DNA of 64,000 nucleotides, from positions 5,141-69,140 of the forward strand of contig JBDKTA010000005.1 of the NCBI GenBank assembly GCA_039680605.1. Reading direction: 5' to 3'. The translations under genes and the position numbers were made by a program. Below the pieces are notes generated by a model. That model ran no database searches. It saw only the letters and a program-made list of their open reading frames with translations, and was not told where the DNA came from. The first letter of the stretch is position 1; every line of letters begins with the position of its first letter. This document shows, piece after piece, positions 37,745 to 46,411 of the stretch. This DNA is from Planctomycetaceae bacterium. Its GTDB lineage: Bacteria; Planctomycetota; Phycisphaerae; SM23-33.

Positions 37745-40700
37745 TCACTTCTTGATAATCGTGAACGTGCGTATCTCGAACGGCGCCAGGGGGACGCACA
37801 CCGTCGGACCGCCCAGGTCGGCCAGGTCGTTCCATTCCATCAGGTCGCACTCGACCAGGCGGGCGCCTGCGTCGGTCAGTTGCACCGTCGCCTCGGTGCG
37901 ACAGCCGCGAGTTTCCACCAGGCGCAGCACGAGGCAGTCTTCCTTTTCCGCTTTCTTGAGCACGGCCAGACTCACGCCCTTGCCGCCTACGTACGCCGGC
38001 GGGCGGATGGCGGCCGCACGCTTGCCCGGCAGCACCAGCGGCGGCTGGTTGAGCGCCGCGGCCTGGTCCATCACGTCCGAGTCGATCAGCGCCCCCTCGT
38101 GCGGCAGGAGGCTGTAGGTACACTCGTGGCGGCCCTGGTCGGCGTCGGGGTCGGGGTGCGTGGGGCTGCGCAGCAGGTTGAGGTCCAGCACGTTCTCATG
38201 CACCTTGTGGCCGTACTTGCAGTCGTTGAGCAGCGCCACGCCGTACTGGTTGTCGGACAGGTCAACCCAGCGCTGGGCGGCGACCTCGAAGCGGGCCATG
38301 TCCCAACTGACATTGCGATGCGTGTTGCGCCGCACATATCCGTACTGGATCTCGAACGCCGCCGACTCGGCCTGGACGTTGACGGCAAAGGCCGTCCGCA
38401 GCATGCGGTGACGCTCCTGCCAGTCGACGACCGTGACGAAATCCAGCCGCTTGCTGCCGGCAGCAAGATACACGCTCTGTTCGATGCGCGAGCTGCCCAC
38501 CGCCAGCACGAGGCGAAGCCCCTGGCGCACGGGCCCTGCCCCCAGCGACTCAAGAGCCACCGCTCGCGCCGTCTCGAGAACCTGCTGCTCGTAGAAGATG
38601 TCGATGTCCCAGGCGTCCCAGGCGTTGGGCCGGTCTTCGTACAACGTCAGCACGTTGCCCCGCCCGCCGGCGACCAGAATCTCGCGACGGGCGGCCTTGT
38701 CGTACGCGGCCACGACCTGCCCCTCGGCCGACAACTCATAACGCACCAGTTCATTCTCAAGCACCAGCCCCTGCGGGCGGCACGGCGCAGCGTCCCCTTT
38801 GGCCTTGGTCAACGTGACGATCCCTTGCGGCGCCAACTCCACCGCCGCGACAACTGTGCCGTCCGATTCCTGCTGCACCGCCGCACTGCGGCCGTCCGCA
38901 TCGGTCAAACCATCCCACCCGGCCGGCAAGACCACGCTCTGCTTCAGCGGCACGTTAAGCGTGTTGACCAGCGTGATGGCTGATTCATCCTTCTCGAACA
39001 TCGCAGCCGCCGCGTGCGAGGTGATGGTCTGGCACTGCGCCAGCGCGGCCGCGTGCTCGCCCTCGGTCTGCTCGTACACCTTGTGGATGCTCGAGCCGGG
39101 AATGATGTCGTGGAACTGGTTCACCAGCAGCGTCTTCCACAGGCCATCCAGCGCCTCGCGCGGATACGGCGCGGGGTGCCATGGCGGCCGTTTCACAGCC
39201 GCCATGTCCCTGACCGCGCACGAGCAGAGATACTCCGCCTCGCGCAGCGCCAGCTCGAGCTTGCGATTGCCGCGCTTGGTGCGGCCTTGCGTGGTCAGCG
39301 TGCCGCGGTGCAATTCGAGGTACAGCTCGCCCGACCAGACCGGCAGGGCCGAGCGATGCTTTTCAAGACGATCGAAGAACCCCTGCGCCGTGCCGAACTT
39401 CACGCGCGGCGCGCCTTCGAGGTCCGCCTGTCGCCGCCCGCGCTCGAGGTGCTCGGCCTTGGGGCCCCCGCCGCCGTCGCCGAATCCGAACAGCACCATC
39501 ATCTCATCCAGCACGTCGCGCTCGCGGAAGTTCTTCTCAGCCGCGGCCATGCTCTCGGGGCGCAGCGTCGAGTTGTACGTGTTCTCCGGCGGAAAGTGCG
39601 TCAGCAGTTCGCTGCCGTCGATCCCGCGCCAGCGGAACGTCGTGTGCGGGAACTTGTTGAACTGGCTCCAGGACATCTTCTGCGTCAGGAAGTAGTCCAC
39701 GCCCGCTCGCTTCATGATCTGCGGCATCGACGCCGAATAGCCGAACACGTCGGGGATCCACAGATTCCGCACGTCGATGCCCAGTTCATCGCGGAAGAAG
39801 TTCTTGCCATGCAGCACCTGGCGCACCATCGACTCGCCGGAGATGATGTTGCAGTCGGCCTCGACCCACATCGCCCCCTGCGCCTCCCAGCGCCCGGCCG
39901 CAACGGCGGCTTTGATCTTCTCGTACAGCGCCGGGTAAGTCTGCTTCATCGTCGCGTACAGGTACGCCTGTGAGGCGCCGAAGACATATTCGCCATACCG
40001 CTCGATCAGGTCCAGTTGGCTGGAGAACGTGCGGGCGGCCTTGCGCGTGCTCTCGCGCCGCGGCCACAACCACGCGATGTCGATATGCGCATGCCCGACC
40101 GCCACGGCAGTGACCGTCGAGGCGCACGCGGGCTGCTCCAGCAGCGTCCGCAGGTGCTCGCGACAGGCGGCGGCGTTGCCCGCGTCGGCGGCGTACAGGT
40201 CCACCGCTTCGCTGAGCCCTCGCAAGATCCGCAGCCGCCGCGTGCTGCCCTCGTCCTGCGCCTGGAGCACGCTCAGCAGCAGGTCCATGTCCAGCCACAA
40301 CCGCCAGAGCTCCGGCTCGAACACGCACAGCCGCATGCGGTTGACCGCGCCCTGATACGTACCGTGGCGCTTGGGGCTGTCGCGCGGCGGGTCGGCCTGG
40401 GTGTGGATCCCGAACAGCGCATTGGCCGCGGCCTCGACCCACAACTCGACCTCGTCACCAGGCGCTGCCCGCACTTGGCGTGCCACGCACCGCTCCGTTG
40501 TGCGTGTCCCTGATCGTTCAGGTGCAGCAGGCTCACACAGCACCAGCAGCGTCCGCGCACTGTCATCGCCCAGCGGCGCCAGCACGCTGCCGTTGGTCAG
40601 TCCTTGCACCGGCACGCCGTCGGCCGAGAACACCAGCGCCTCGCTGTTGAACTCGATCTGCGCCACCACGCACTTGCCCGCCCAGGAGCCCGGGATCGTG

Positions 40701-40924
40701 CCTTTGAGATGGAACCACGCGCTCTCCCACGTCTTGCCCCAGTTCTGTCCTTCGCTGATGGGCGCATAGGTCAAAGCCAACCGGTCGGCAAACGCCACCG
40801 GCTCAACGCTGTGGGCGAACGTCGCCTCCAGCGGCACGCTGTCGGACAGCATCGCCCCGCCCAGGCGGGCGATGAACTGGCGAATCTTCTGCAGATACAA
40901 CCCCTGGCGCTGCTGATCGATCAT
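37745..40924 (-). CDS. Alpha-mannosidase, GH38
   Basis: VGHAHIDIAWLW N-terminal GH38 motif and a ~1059-aa colinear architecture. ATG 40924 (MIDQQRQG) overlaps the upstream stop as ATGA. The rest of the 1505-aa track ORF is an artefact. Confidence 0.9.
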   Translation of the reverse strand: MIDQQRQGLYLQKIRQFIARLGGAMLSDSVPLEATFAHSVEPVAFADRLALTYAPISEGQNWGKTWESAWFHLKGTIPGSWAGKCVVAQIEFNSEALVFSADGVPVQGLTNGSVLAPLGDDSARTLLVLCEPAAPERSGTRTTERCVARQVRAAPGDEVELWVEAAANALFGIHTQADPPRDSPKRHGTYQGAVNRMRLCVFEPELWRLWLDMDLLLSVLQAQDEGSTRRLRILRGLSEAVDLYAADAGNAAACREHLRTLLEQPACASTVTAVAVGHAHIDIAWLWPRRESTRKAARTFSSQLDLIERYGEYVFGASQAYLYATMKQTYPALYEKIKAAVAAGRWEAQGAMWVEADCNIISGESMVRQVLHGKNFFRDELGIDVRNLWIPDVFGYSASMPQIMKRAGVDYFLTQKMSWSQFNKFPHTTFRWRGIDGSELLTHFPPENTYNSTLRPESMAAAEKNFRERDVLDEMMVLFGFGDGGGGPKAEHLERGRRQADLEGAPRVKFGTAQGFFDRLEKHRSALPVWSGELYLELHRGTLTTQGRTKRGNRKLELALREAEYLCSCAVRDMAAVKRPPWHPAPYPREALDGLWKTLLVNQFHDIIPGSSIHKVYEQTEGEHAAALAQCQTITSHAAAAMFEKDESAITLVNTLNVPLKQSVVLPAGWDGLTDADGRSAAVQQESDGTVVAAVELAPQGIVTLTKAKGDAAPCRPQGLVLENELVRYELSAEGQVVAAYDKAARREILVAGGRGNVLTLYEDRPNAWDAWDIDIFYEQQVLETARAVALESLGAGPVRQGLRLVLAVGSSRIEQSVYLAAGSKRLDFVTVVDWQERHRMLRTAFAVNVQAESAAFEIQYGYVRRNTHRNVSWDMARFEVAAQRWVDLSDNQYGVALLNDCKYGHKVHENVLDLNLLRSPTHPDPDADQGRHECTYSLLPHEGALIDSDVMDQAAALNQPPLVLPGKRAAAIRPPAYVGGKGVSLAVLKKAEKEDCLVLRLVETRGCRTEATVQLTDAGARLVECDLMEWNDLADLGGPTVCVPLAPFEIRTFTIIKK

Positions 40925-42267
40925 TGCGATGGCTCCTGGATGTCCTGGCTGTCGGTCTTCGGCCGTGATCGCGACTGAGCGACCTGGCGGATCTGTGCGT
41001 CGAATTCCGGATGCTTGAGGCACAGGTCGCTGAAGTCTCTCTTTGAGAGCTGATAGACATGACAGTACGTCAAGGCGCGGACGCTGGCGTTGCGATTGGC
41101 CTCCTGAACCAGAGCCGATTCGCCAAAGGGCGAACCCGCCCCGAGCACGGCCACGCGATCGGCGCCGACGAGCACTTCGACCTCGCCCTCGTCCATGAAG
41201 TACATGCAATCGGAGTGGGCGCCCTGGCGGATGATGTAGTCGCCGGGCAGGAAGATCATGGGCTTGAGCATGCCGACGACTTCGCGGACGAACAACTCGT
41301 CGGCGCCGCGGAAGAGGGCGGCCTTGTGCAGGATCTGGCGGTTGATGAACAGGGAGATGTCCTGCTGGAGCGTGTGGGGCAGTTCGGCCAGCGCGTCGGA
41401 CGATCCGCCGCCGCGCCGCGTCTGCCACAGGTAGGCGTAATAATCCTTCACGCGCTGCCGCAGCGTCGGCGGAATGCGGTGTACCCGCATGTAGTCGTCG
41501 ACCGCCTCCACCTTCTTGAGGAACTTCGCCTTGGCCACGTCGAGGTTGGCGATCAGGCCCGAAATGCTGCCGATGATGTACCCGTACATGCCCACCCCGA
41601 GCACCTGCACGACCATCGTATAGATAATCTGCACGTTGCTGTTGCGATCGGGCACGTAGTCGCCGTAACCGATCGTCGCCACCGTCGTCAGGCACCAATA
41701 GAGCGAGCGAATGTACGTGTCGACGGGCCCGCGACCACTCTCGGCCGCACCGATCAGAATCCATCCCAGCGCCATGAAGTGGCATATCAGCGTGAACCAG
41801 AAAGCGAAGACCGTCAGTCGCATGATCGCGGGGTTGACGTACAGCGAACCGGAAACACCGCCCAGGGCCCGGCGAACCTTGAGAAGCTTCAGCAGGCGCA
41901 GCGCCCCAAGGATGGCCGCCGCCCGCATGCCGCCGGCGACCAGTCCGTCGCCGGCCAGCGCAAGCAGCGGAACCGCCGCAATCACATCCACGGCAAACCA
42001 GCCCCGCAGATAGGCCTTCATGTCGGGGACCTTGCCGCCGGCAGCCATCGCCGGGGCGCGGCGCCAGAGAAGATCCCCGACCAGGTCCAGGCAGAACAGG
42101 GCGGTGAAAAACCAGTACATCGCACTGGGGGCCCCTGTGCCCAGAACGATCTCGTACGAGAGGCTCAACGAAGACGCCCACACCGCGGCCACGAGGATGA
42201 GATTCCACACCGTGCCCAGCGCTATGGGGGAGTTCTTCTCTTGCTGCAGGTCGCTCATGCACGACAT
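40921..42267 (-). CDS. Cyclic-nucleotide-binding-domain K+ channel
   Basis: 6-TM-like N-terminus, selectivity filter TVATIGYGD, and a C-terminal cNMP-binding domain (FGESAL...RNASVRA). Confidence 0.85.
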   Translation of the reverse strand: MSCMSDLQQEKNSPIALGTVWNLILVAAVWASSLSLSYEIVLGTGAPSAMYWFFTALFCLDLVGDLLWRRAPAMAAGGKVPDMKAYLRGWFAVDVIAAVPLLALAGDGLVAGGMRAAAILGALRLLKLLKVRRALGGVSGSLYVNPAIMRLTVFAFWFTLICHFMALGWILIGAAESGRGPVDTYIRSLYWCLTTVATIGYGDYVPDRNSNVQIIYTMVVQVLGVGMYGYIIGSISGLIANLDVAKAKFLKKVEAVDDYMRVHRIPPTLRQRVKDYYAYLWQTRRGGGSSDALAELPHTLQQDISLFINRQILHKAALFRGADELFVREVVGMLKPMIFLPGDYIIRQGAHSDCMYFMDEGEVEVLVGADRVAVLGAGSPFGESALVQEANRNASVRALTYCHVYQLSKRDFSDLCLKHPEFDAQIRQVAQSRSRPKTDSQDIQEPSQ

Positions 42268-42366
42268 TATGCGCGAAAGAACCGTCTTTGCCGATACCCC
42301 AGATTTCCTGCGGCGTTATAGATCATGGTCGACGATACTTTACGGCGACGCCACAGAGGACTGACG

Positions 42367-43737
42367 ATGACCAAGACCATACGCATCAATCCCGACGATC
42401 GCACGATCTTGACAGGCTATTTCGCCCGCGTCGTCGGGCCGGTCGCCTCGGCCTGGACGAGCCCGGGCTCCCGCGGGTTCTGGCAGGGCTGGACCGGACC
42501 CGATCAGGGCTTCGACTGGACGATCAACGTCCCCCGCGCCGGCCGCTACGCCATTGACGTGCTCGCCGAGGGCGGACCGCAGCGCCCGACGGTTGAAGTG
42601 ACGGCCGCCGGCAAGACGTTCCCCGTGCGCCTCGGGCCGTACTGGGACCGCATCAGCGCCGGCGAGGTCGCCCTGCCCGCCGGGCGCAGCACGATCTCGC
42701 TGCGATCGACCGGCGAAACACAGCCGCTGAAGTTCATCTCGCTGGAACTGGTGCGCCCCGGCGTGGCGCGGCGCATCGAGACCGATGCGATGTCGCTGCG
42801 GGCCGACACATCCTGGATGGTCGACAAGACGTACGGCCTCATGTTCCACTGGGTCGGCGGCACGTACCCGCGCCGCGGGCCAAGCAAGCCCTATCGCCAG
42901 GCCGTCAACGACTTCCCGGTCAAGAAGTTTGCCGACACCGTCGCCTCGATGGGCGCCGGCTGGGTCTACGTCTGCACCACGCATGCGATCTATCACTGGC
43001 CCGGGCCTAACTCGGCGATCGACGCGATCCTCCGCGGCCGCACGTGCAAACGCGACCTGATCGGCGAACTCGCCCAGGCCCTGACCGACCGCGGCGTGCG
43101 CCTGGGGCTGTACTATCATCCCGGCCACGACGATAAGCCCTGGTGGAACCGCGTGGGGTTCGATACGGCCGGGCGCGAGACGTTCTTCCGCACGTGGAAG
43201 AGGGTGATCGAAGACGCCGGGCGGCGGTACGGAGAGCTGCTGGCGGGCTGGTGGTTTGACGACGGGATGCACAGTTACTACCACGCCGCCCCGCCGTGGA
43301 AAGACCTGCTGATCGCCGCCCGCGCGGGCAACCCGCAGCGCGTGGTGCTCTGGAACGCGTGGCTGGCGCCGAAGGTGACGTGGTACACCGACACGTCGAG
43401 TTGGGAGTCGTGGCTGACCAGCGACTTGATCTCCGGCGGCGGCAATCTGCCCGTCGGCGGCGACGGCCGCTTCATCGCCGGCCCGCAAAAAGGCCTGCAG
43501 GCGCACCTGACCACATTGATCCACCAAAGCTGGGGCCATCACAAACCCAACACGCCCATCAGCAAGTGCCAGTACACCACCGAGCAGTTGATCAAGTGGC
43601 TCCAAGAAGTCCGCAGCCGCAAGGCCGTCGTCTCGCTCAACCTCGAAATCTACCAGGACGGCAAGCTAGGCCCTGCCGACATCCGCCGCTTCCGCCAGAT
43701 CCGCGCGGCGCTGGATAAGAGCCACAGAGGAAGCTGA
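42367..43737 (+). CDS. GH29-like (alpha-L-fucosidase-like) protein with N-terminal beta-sandwich/CBM-like region
   Basis: GLMFHWVGG, LGLYYHPG and WWFDDG resemble the GH29 catalytic barrel. ATG 42367 follows an AGAGGA RBS. Confidence 0.65.
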   Translation: MTKTIRINPDDRTILTGYFARVVGPVASAWTSPGSRGFWQGWTGPDQGFDWTINVPRAGRYAIDVLAEGGPQRPTVEVTAAGKTFPVRLGPYWDRISAGEVALPAGRSTISLRSTGETQPLKFISLELVRPGVARRIETDAMSLRADTSWMVDKTYGLMFHWVGGTYPRRGPSKPYRQAVNDFPVKKFADTVASMGAGWVYVCTTHAIYHWPGPNSAIDAILRGRTCKRDLIGELAQALTDRGVRLGLYYHPGHDDKPWWNRVGFDTAGRETFFRTWKRVIEDAGRRYGELLAGWWFDDGMHSYYHAAPPWKDLLIAARAGNPQRVVLWNAWLAPKVTWYTDTSSWESWLTSDLISGGGNLPVGGDGRFIAGPQKGLQAHLTTLIHQSWGHHKPNTPISKCQYTTEQLIKWLQEVRSRKAVVSLNLEIYQDGKLGPADIRRFRQIRAALDKSHRGS

Positions 43738-43798
43738 GGGAGCAGAGGCTCGCGATACCGGGAGAAGCTACACACCGTCTCCTCGAATCTCCGCGGTT

Positions 43799-44179
43799 TC
43801 AGGTTTCGTCTGATGGAATGGAGGCGAGCGCGACGATTATTGGCAGCTCGCGATCCTCGTGTTCCACTCTCAGATAGAGGTTTCTTTCTTTCCAAACCGC
43901 AATCTTAATTCCGATGGCCCATTCGGGGAAATCGTCTGCACCAACCTCAAATGCTTGCGGTTCTGCCCCGACAGCAGAACTAACCTGGCGACTCAACGAT
44001 TGGAATGCAGCCTCATATTCCGGGTATATTCGCTCACTCAAGTCGTAGTTCTTTGCATCATAAAAATCATTTGAGACAACAAAGTAGATTTCTTTCTCGT
44101 TGCCGGAGGTTATCTCACGGATGCAATCCGGGATACCTCGCGGCTCCACGAATTGACAATGTGGTAGTGCTTTTTCCAT
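43799..44179 (-). CDS. Hypothetical protein in an AT-rich islet
   Basis: 126-aa ORF with ordinary (not G/P/R-skewed) composition, in a ~400-bp segment clearly AT-richer than its flanks. No recognisable motif. Confidence 0.45.
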   Translation of the reverse strand: MEKALPHCQFVEPRGIPDCIREITSGNEKEIYFVVSNDFYDAKNYDLSERIYPEYEAAFQSLSRQVSSAVGAEPQAFEVGADDFPEWAIGIKIAVWKERNLYLRVEHEDRELPIIVALASIPSDET

Positions 44180-44207
44180 TCTCCGCTGCTCTGCTTATCT
44201 AAGCCCG

Positions 44208-46184
44208 CTACAGCTTCACTACCGCCACGCCGAATCTTGGCAGTTCGATGGACTTTTTCGTCATCGCTCCGGTCAGCAGTTCTTTTTTGCCGGCGGGCAC
44301 GAAGACGATCTTGGACTCTTCGGTGTAGTTCATCAGGAACAGCAGCTTCTTGCCGGCGCCTTCGCGGATGGAGGCTTCCACGCCCGGCGGCGGGGTGACG
44401 ACCGGGCGGATCTTTGCGTCAGCCAGCAGAGCGGCGATTAACTTCACGTAGAACTCGGGCTCTTTCACCACCGTGCCGCAGTACCAGCCGATGCCCTTGC
44501 CGTAAACGTTGCGAGTGACGGCCGCAAACTTCTTCATGTGCCACGGCTCATAGCCCACCAACGTCTCGGCGCCCTTGGCGGTCACCCAGTCGGCGCCTTG
44601 CGTGGCAGTGAAGGCCCCGGCCAGGAGGTCGTCCGTGCCGGTCATCGCATACCCTTCGGGAAGCGTGCTTTCGTACTCTTCGATCTCGATGCCCAGCGCG
44701 GCGCTGAGCAGGCCCGGCAGCGTGCGCGCGTGGCAGAGGCTCGTCTCGTCCTTGACGCCGGTTCGGATGTCGCAGCAGAACACGCCGCCGGCTTTGACGA
44801 ACGCGTCGACCTGCTTGGCCGCCGCGTCGGGCATGACGTACCAGTCCGGCGCGAAGACCAGCTTGTAGGGCGTCAGGTCGTCGCCAGGTTGGATGATGTC
44901 GGCATTGACGCCGGCCGCAAGCAGCGCGTTGTAGTACCGCTTGACGGCGGCCATGTAGCTGTTGCCGCTGAAACCCGGCTGCATGTCGACGGCCCAGCGG
45001 CTGTCGTAGCTGTAGATGAAGGCGACCTTGGGCTTGACGGTCGTGCCGGCCAGGTGCTTCTCGATCTTGCGCAGCTCGCGGGCGATGGCGGCCGTCTCGC
45101 GGTATCGCCGCAGCGGCTTGCCGTCATGGCCGAGAATGCCGTGCCAGTACTGCTCGCGCCCGGCTGTGCACGCCCGCCAGCGGAACCAGATGTACCCCTC
45201 GCAGCCATGGGCAAACTGCTGGAACGCCCAGGTCTGCATCTCGCCGGGGCGCGGGGCGCGCCCGTACGTGCCCCAGCCGTGCGGGCCGGAACTGGTCTCC
45301 ATGATCCAGAAGTTCTTCTTCTTGCAGCCGCGCATGAGGTCGGCCGCCAGGGCGGGCCCGTCAGCCATCCCGCCGCCGTAGAACAGCGGATAGCTGTCCC
45401 AACTGACGTGGTCGAGGTCTTCGCTGAGCTGGAAGTAGTTCAGCCCGCCGTAGCCGTAGCCCATGAGGTTGTGCGTGATGAAGTGCTTGGGGCAAACCTC
45501 GCGCAGGATCTGCACCTGGTCGCGCTGGAAGCGCACGTTCTGCCAGGTGTAGAACCGCTTCCATTCCAGGCCCAGGCTGGGGTTGTGCGACCCGTCGGCG
45601 GCGGGCAGCTCGATCTCTTCCCACGTCTTGACGTAGTGGCCCCAGAAGTGCTTGCCCATCGCCTTGTTGAAGGCGTCGATGGTGCCGTAGCGGCTGCGCA
45701 GGAAGTCCTGGAAGTCGCGCCGGCACGAATGGCACCAGCAGACCGTGCCGCCGAACTCGTTGTCGGTCTGCCAGCCGATGACGTTGGGGTGTGCGGCGTA
45801 ATGCTCGGCCATCGCACGCGTGATGCGCTGCGACATCAGGCGGAACGTGCCGCTGGAATAGCACTGGTCCTTGCGGACGCCCCACTCGACGCGGGCCGCC
45901 CCGGGCCCGCCCTGGGCCATCACCTCGGGATACTTTTCCTTCATCCACGCCGGCACGATGGCCGTGGGCGTGCAGAGGATCGCCGAGACGCCGTTCTTGC
46001 CCAGCACCTCCAGCGACTCGTCGAGCCAGGCGAAGTCGTAGCGCCCTTCCTCGGGCTCCATCATCACCCAGGCGAACTCCGCCAGGCGCGTAACGTTGAA
46101 GCCGGCCTTCTTCATCAGGCCCGCATCGATTGGCCAGCGTTTCTTGTCCCAGTGCTCGGGGTAATAGTCGGCGCCGATGTACAT
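44208..46184 (-). CDS. Beta-galactosidase, GH42
   Basis: MYIGADYYPEHW and WQTDNEFGG motifs; ~658 aa. ATG 46184 follows an AAGGAG RBS. Confidence 0.9.
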   Translation of the reverse strand: MYIGADYYPEHWDKKRWPIDAGLMKKAGFNVTRLAEFAWVMMEPEEGRYDFAWLDESLEVLGKNGVSAILCTPTAIVPAWMKEKYPEVMAQGGPGAARVEWGVRKDQCYSSGTFRLMSQRITRAMAEHYAAHPNVIGWQTDNEFGGTVCWCHSCRRDFQDFLRSRYGTIDAFNKAMGKHFWGHYVKTWEEIELPAADGSHNPSLGLEWKRFYTWQNVRFQRDQVQILREVCPKHFITHNLMGYGYGGLNYFQLSEDLDHVSWDSYPLFYGGGMADGPALAADLMRGCKKKNFWIMETSSGPHGWGTYGRAPRPGEMQTWAFQQFAHGCEGYIWFRWRACTAGREQYWHGILGHDGKPLRRYRETAAIARELRKIEKHLAGTTVKPKVAFIYSYDSRWAVDMQPGFSGNSYMAAVKRYYNALLAAGVNADIIQPGDDLTPYKLVFAPDWYVMPDAAAKQVDAFVKAGGVFCCDIRTGVKDETSLCHARTLPGLLSAALGIEIEEYESTLPEGYAMTGTDDLLAGAFTATQGADWVTAKGAETLVGYEPWHMKKFAAVTRNVYGKGIGWYCGTVVKEPEFYVKLIAALLADAKIRPVVTPPPGVEASIREGAGKKLLFLMNYTEESKIVFVPAGKKELLTGAMTKKSIELPRFGVAVVKL

Positions 46185-46279
46185 GGTCGTCTCCTTAGCA
46201 AGGCCAAGAGCATACAAGGGGCATCGCCAATTTCCAATTTCCAATTGCTCATTGCCTCTAACCTCGGCCGCGCCGCATG

Positions 46280-46374
46280 TGGAGTGCGGCGGCAGCAGCC
46301 GCCGCTTTCGATGTTGTTGCGGGCGCGAGCATCCCAGAAACAGCCAAAGCGGCAGCTAAGGCTGCCGCACTCCA
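46280..46374. repeat. REP2 nested palindrome, copy 2 (intergenic)
   Basis: Same architecture as 32670-32755, with a 10-nt insertion in the left arm. Lies upstream of the beta-helix gene. Confidence 0.85.
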
Positions 46375-46411
46375 TAAGGAACGTTCGCGGGCGCGGGGGG
46401 TTTCAAAGCCT

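Noticed and set aside
40925-42262. N-terminal ~446 aa of the 1505-aa ORF (37745-42262, minus strand)
   Set aside because: This part overlaps, in another frame, the well-supported K+ channel gene (TIGYGD filter, cNMP domain). It is R/G/P/A-rich with no motifs. The GH38 homology begins at MIDQQRQG (ATG 40924).
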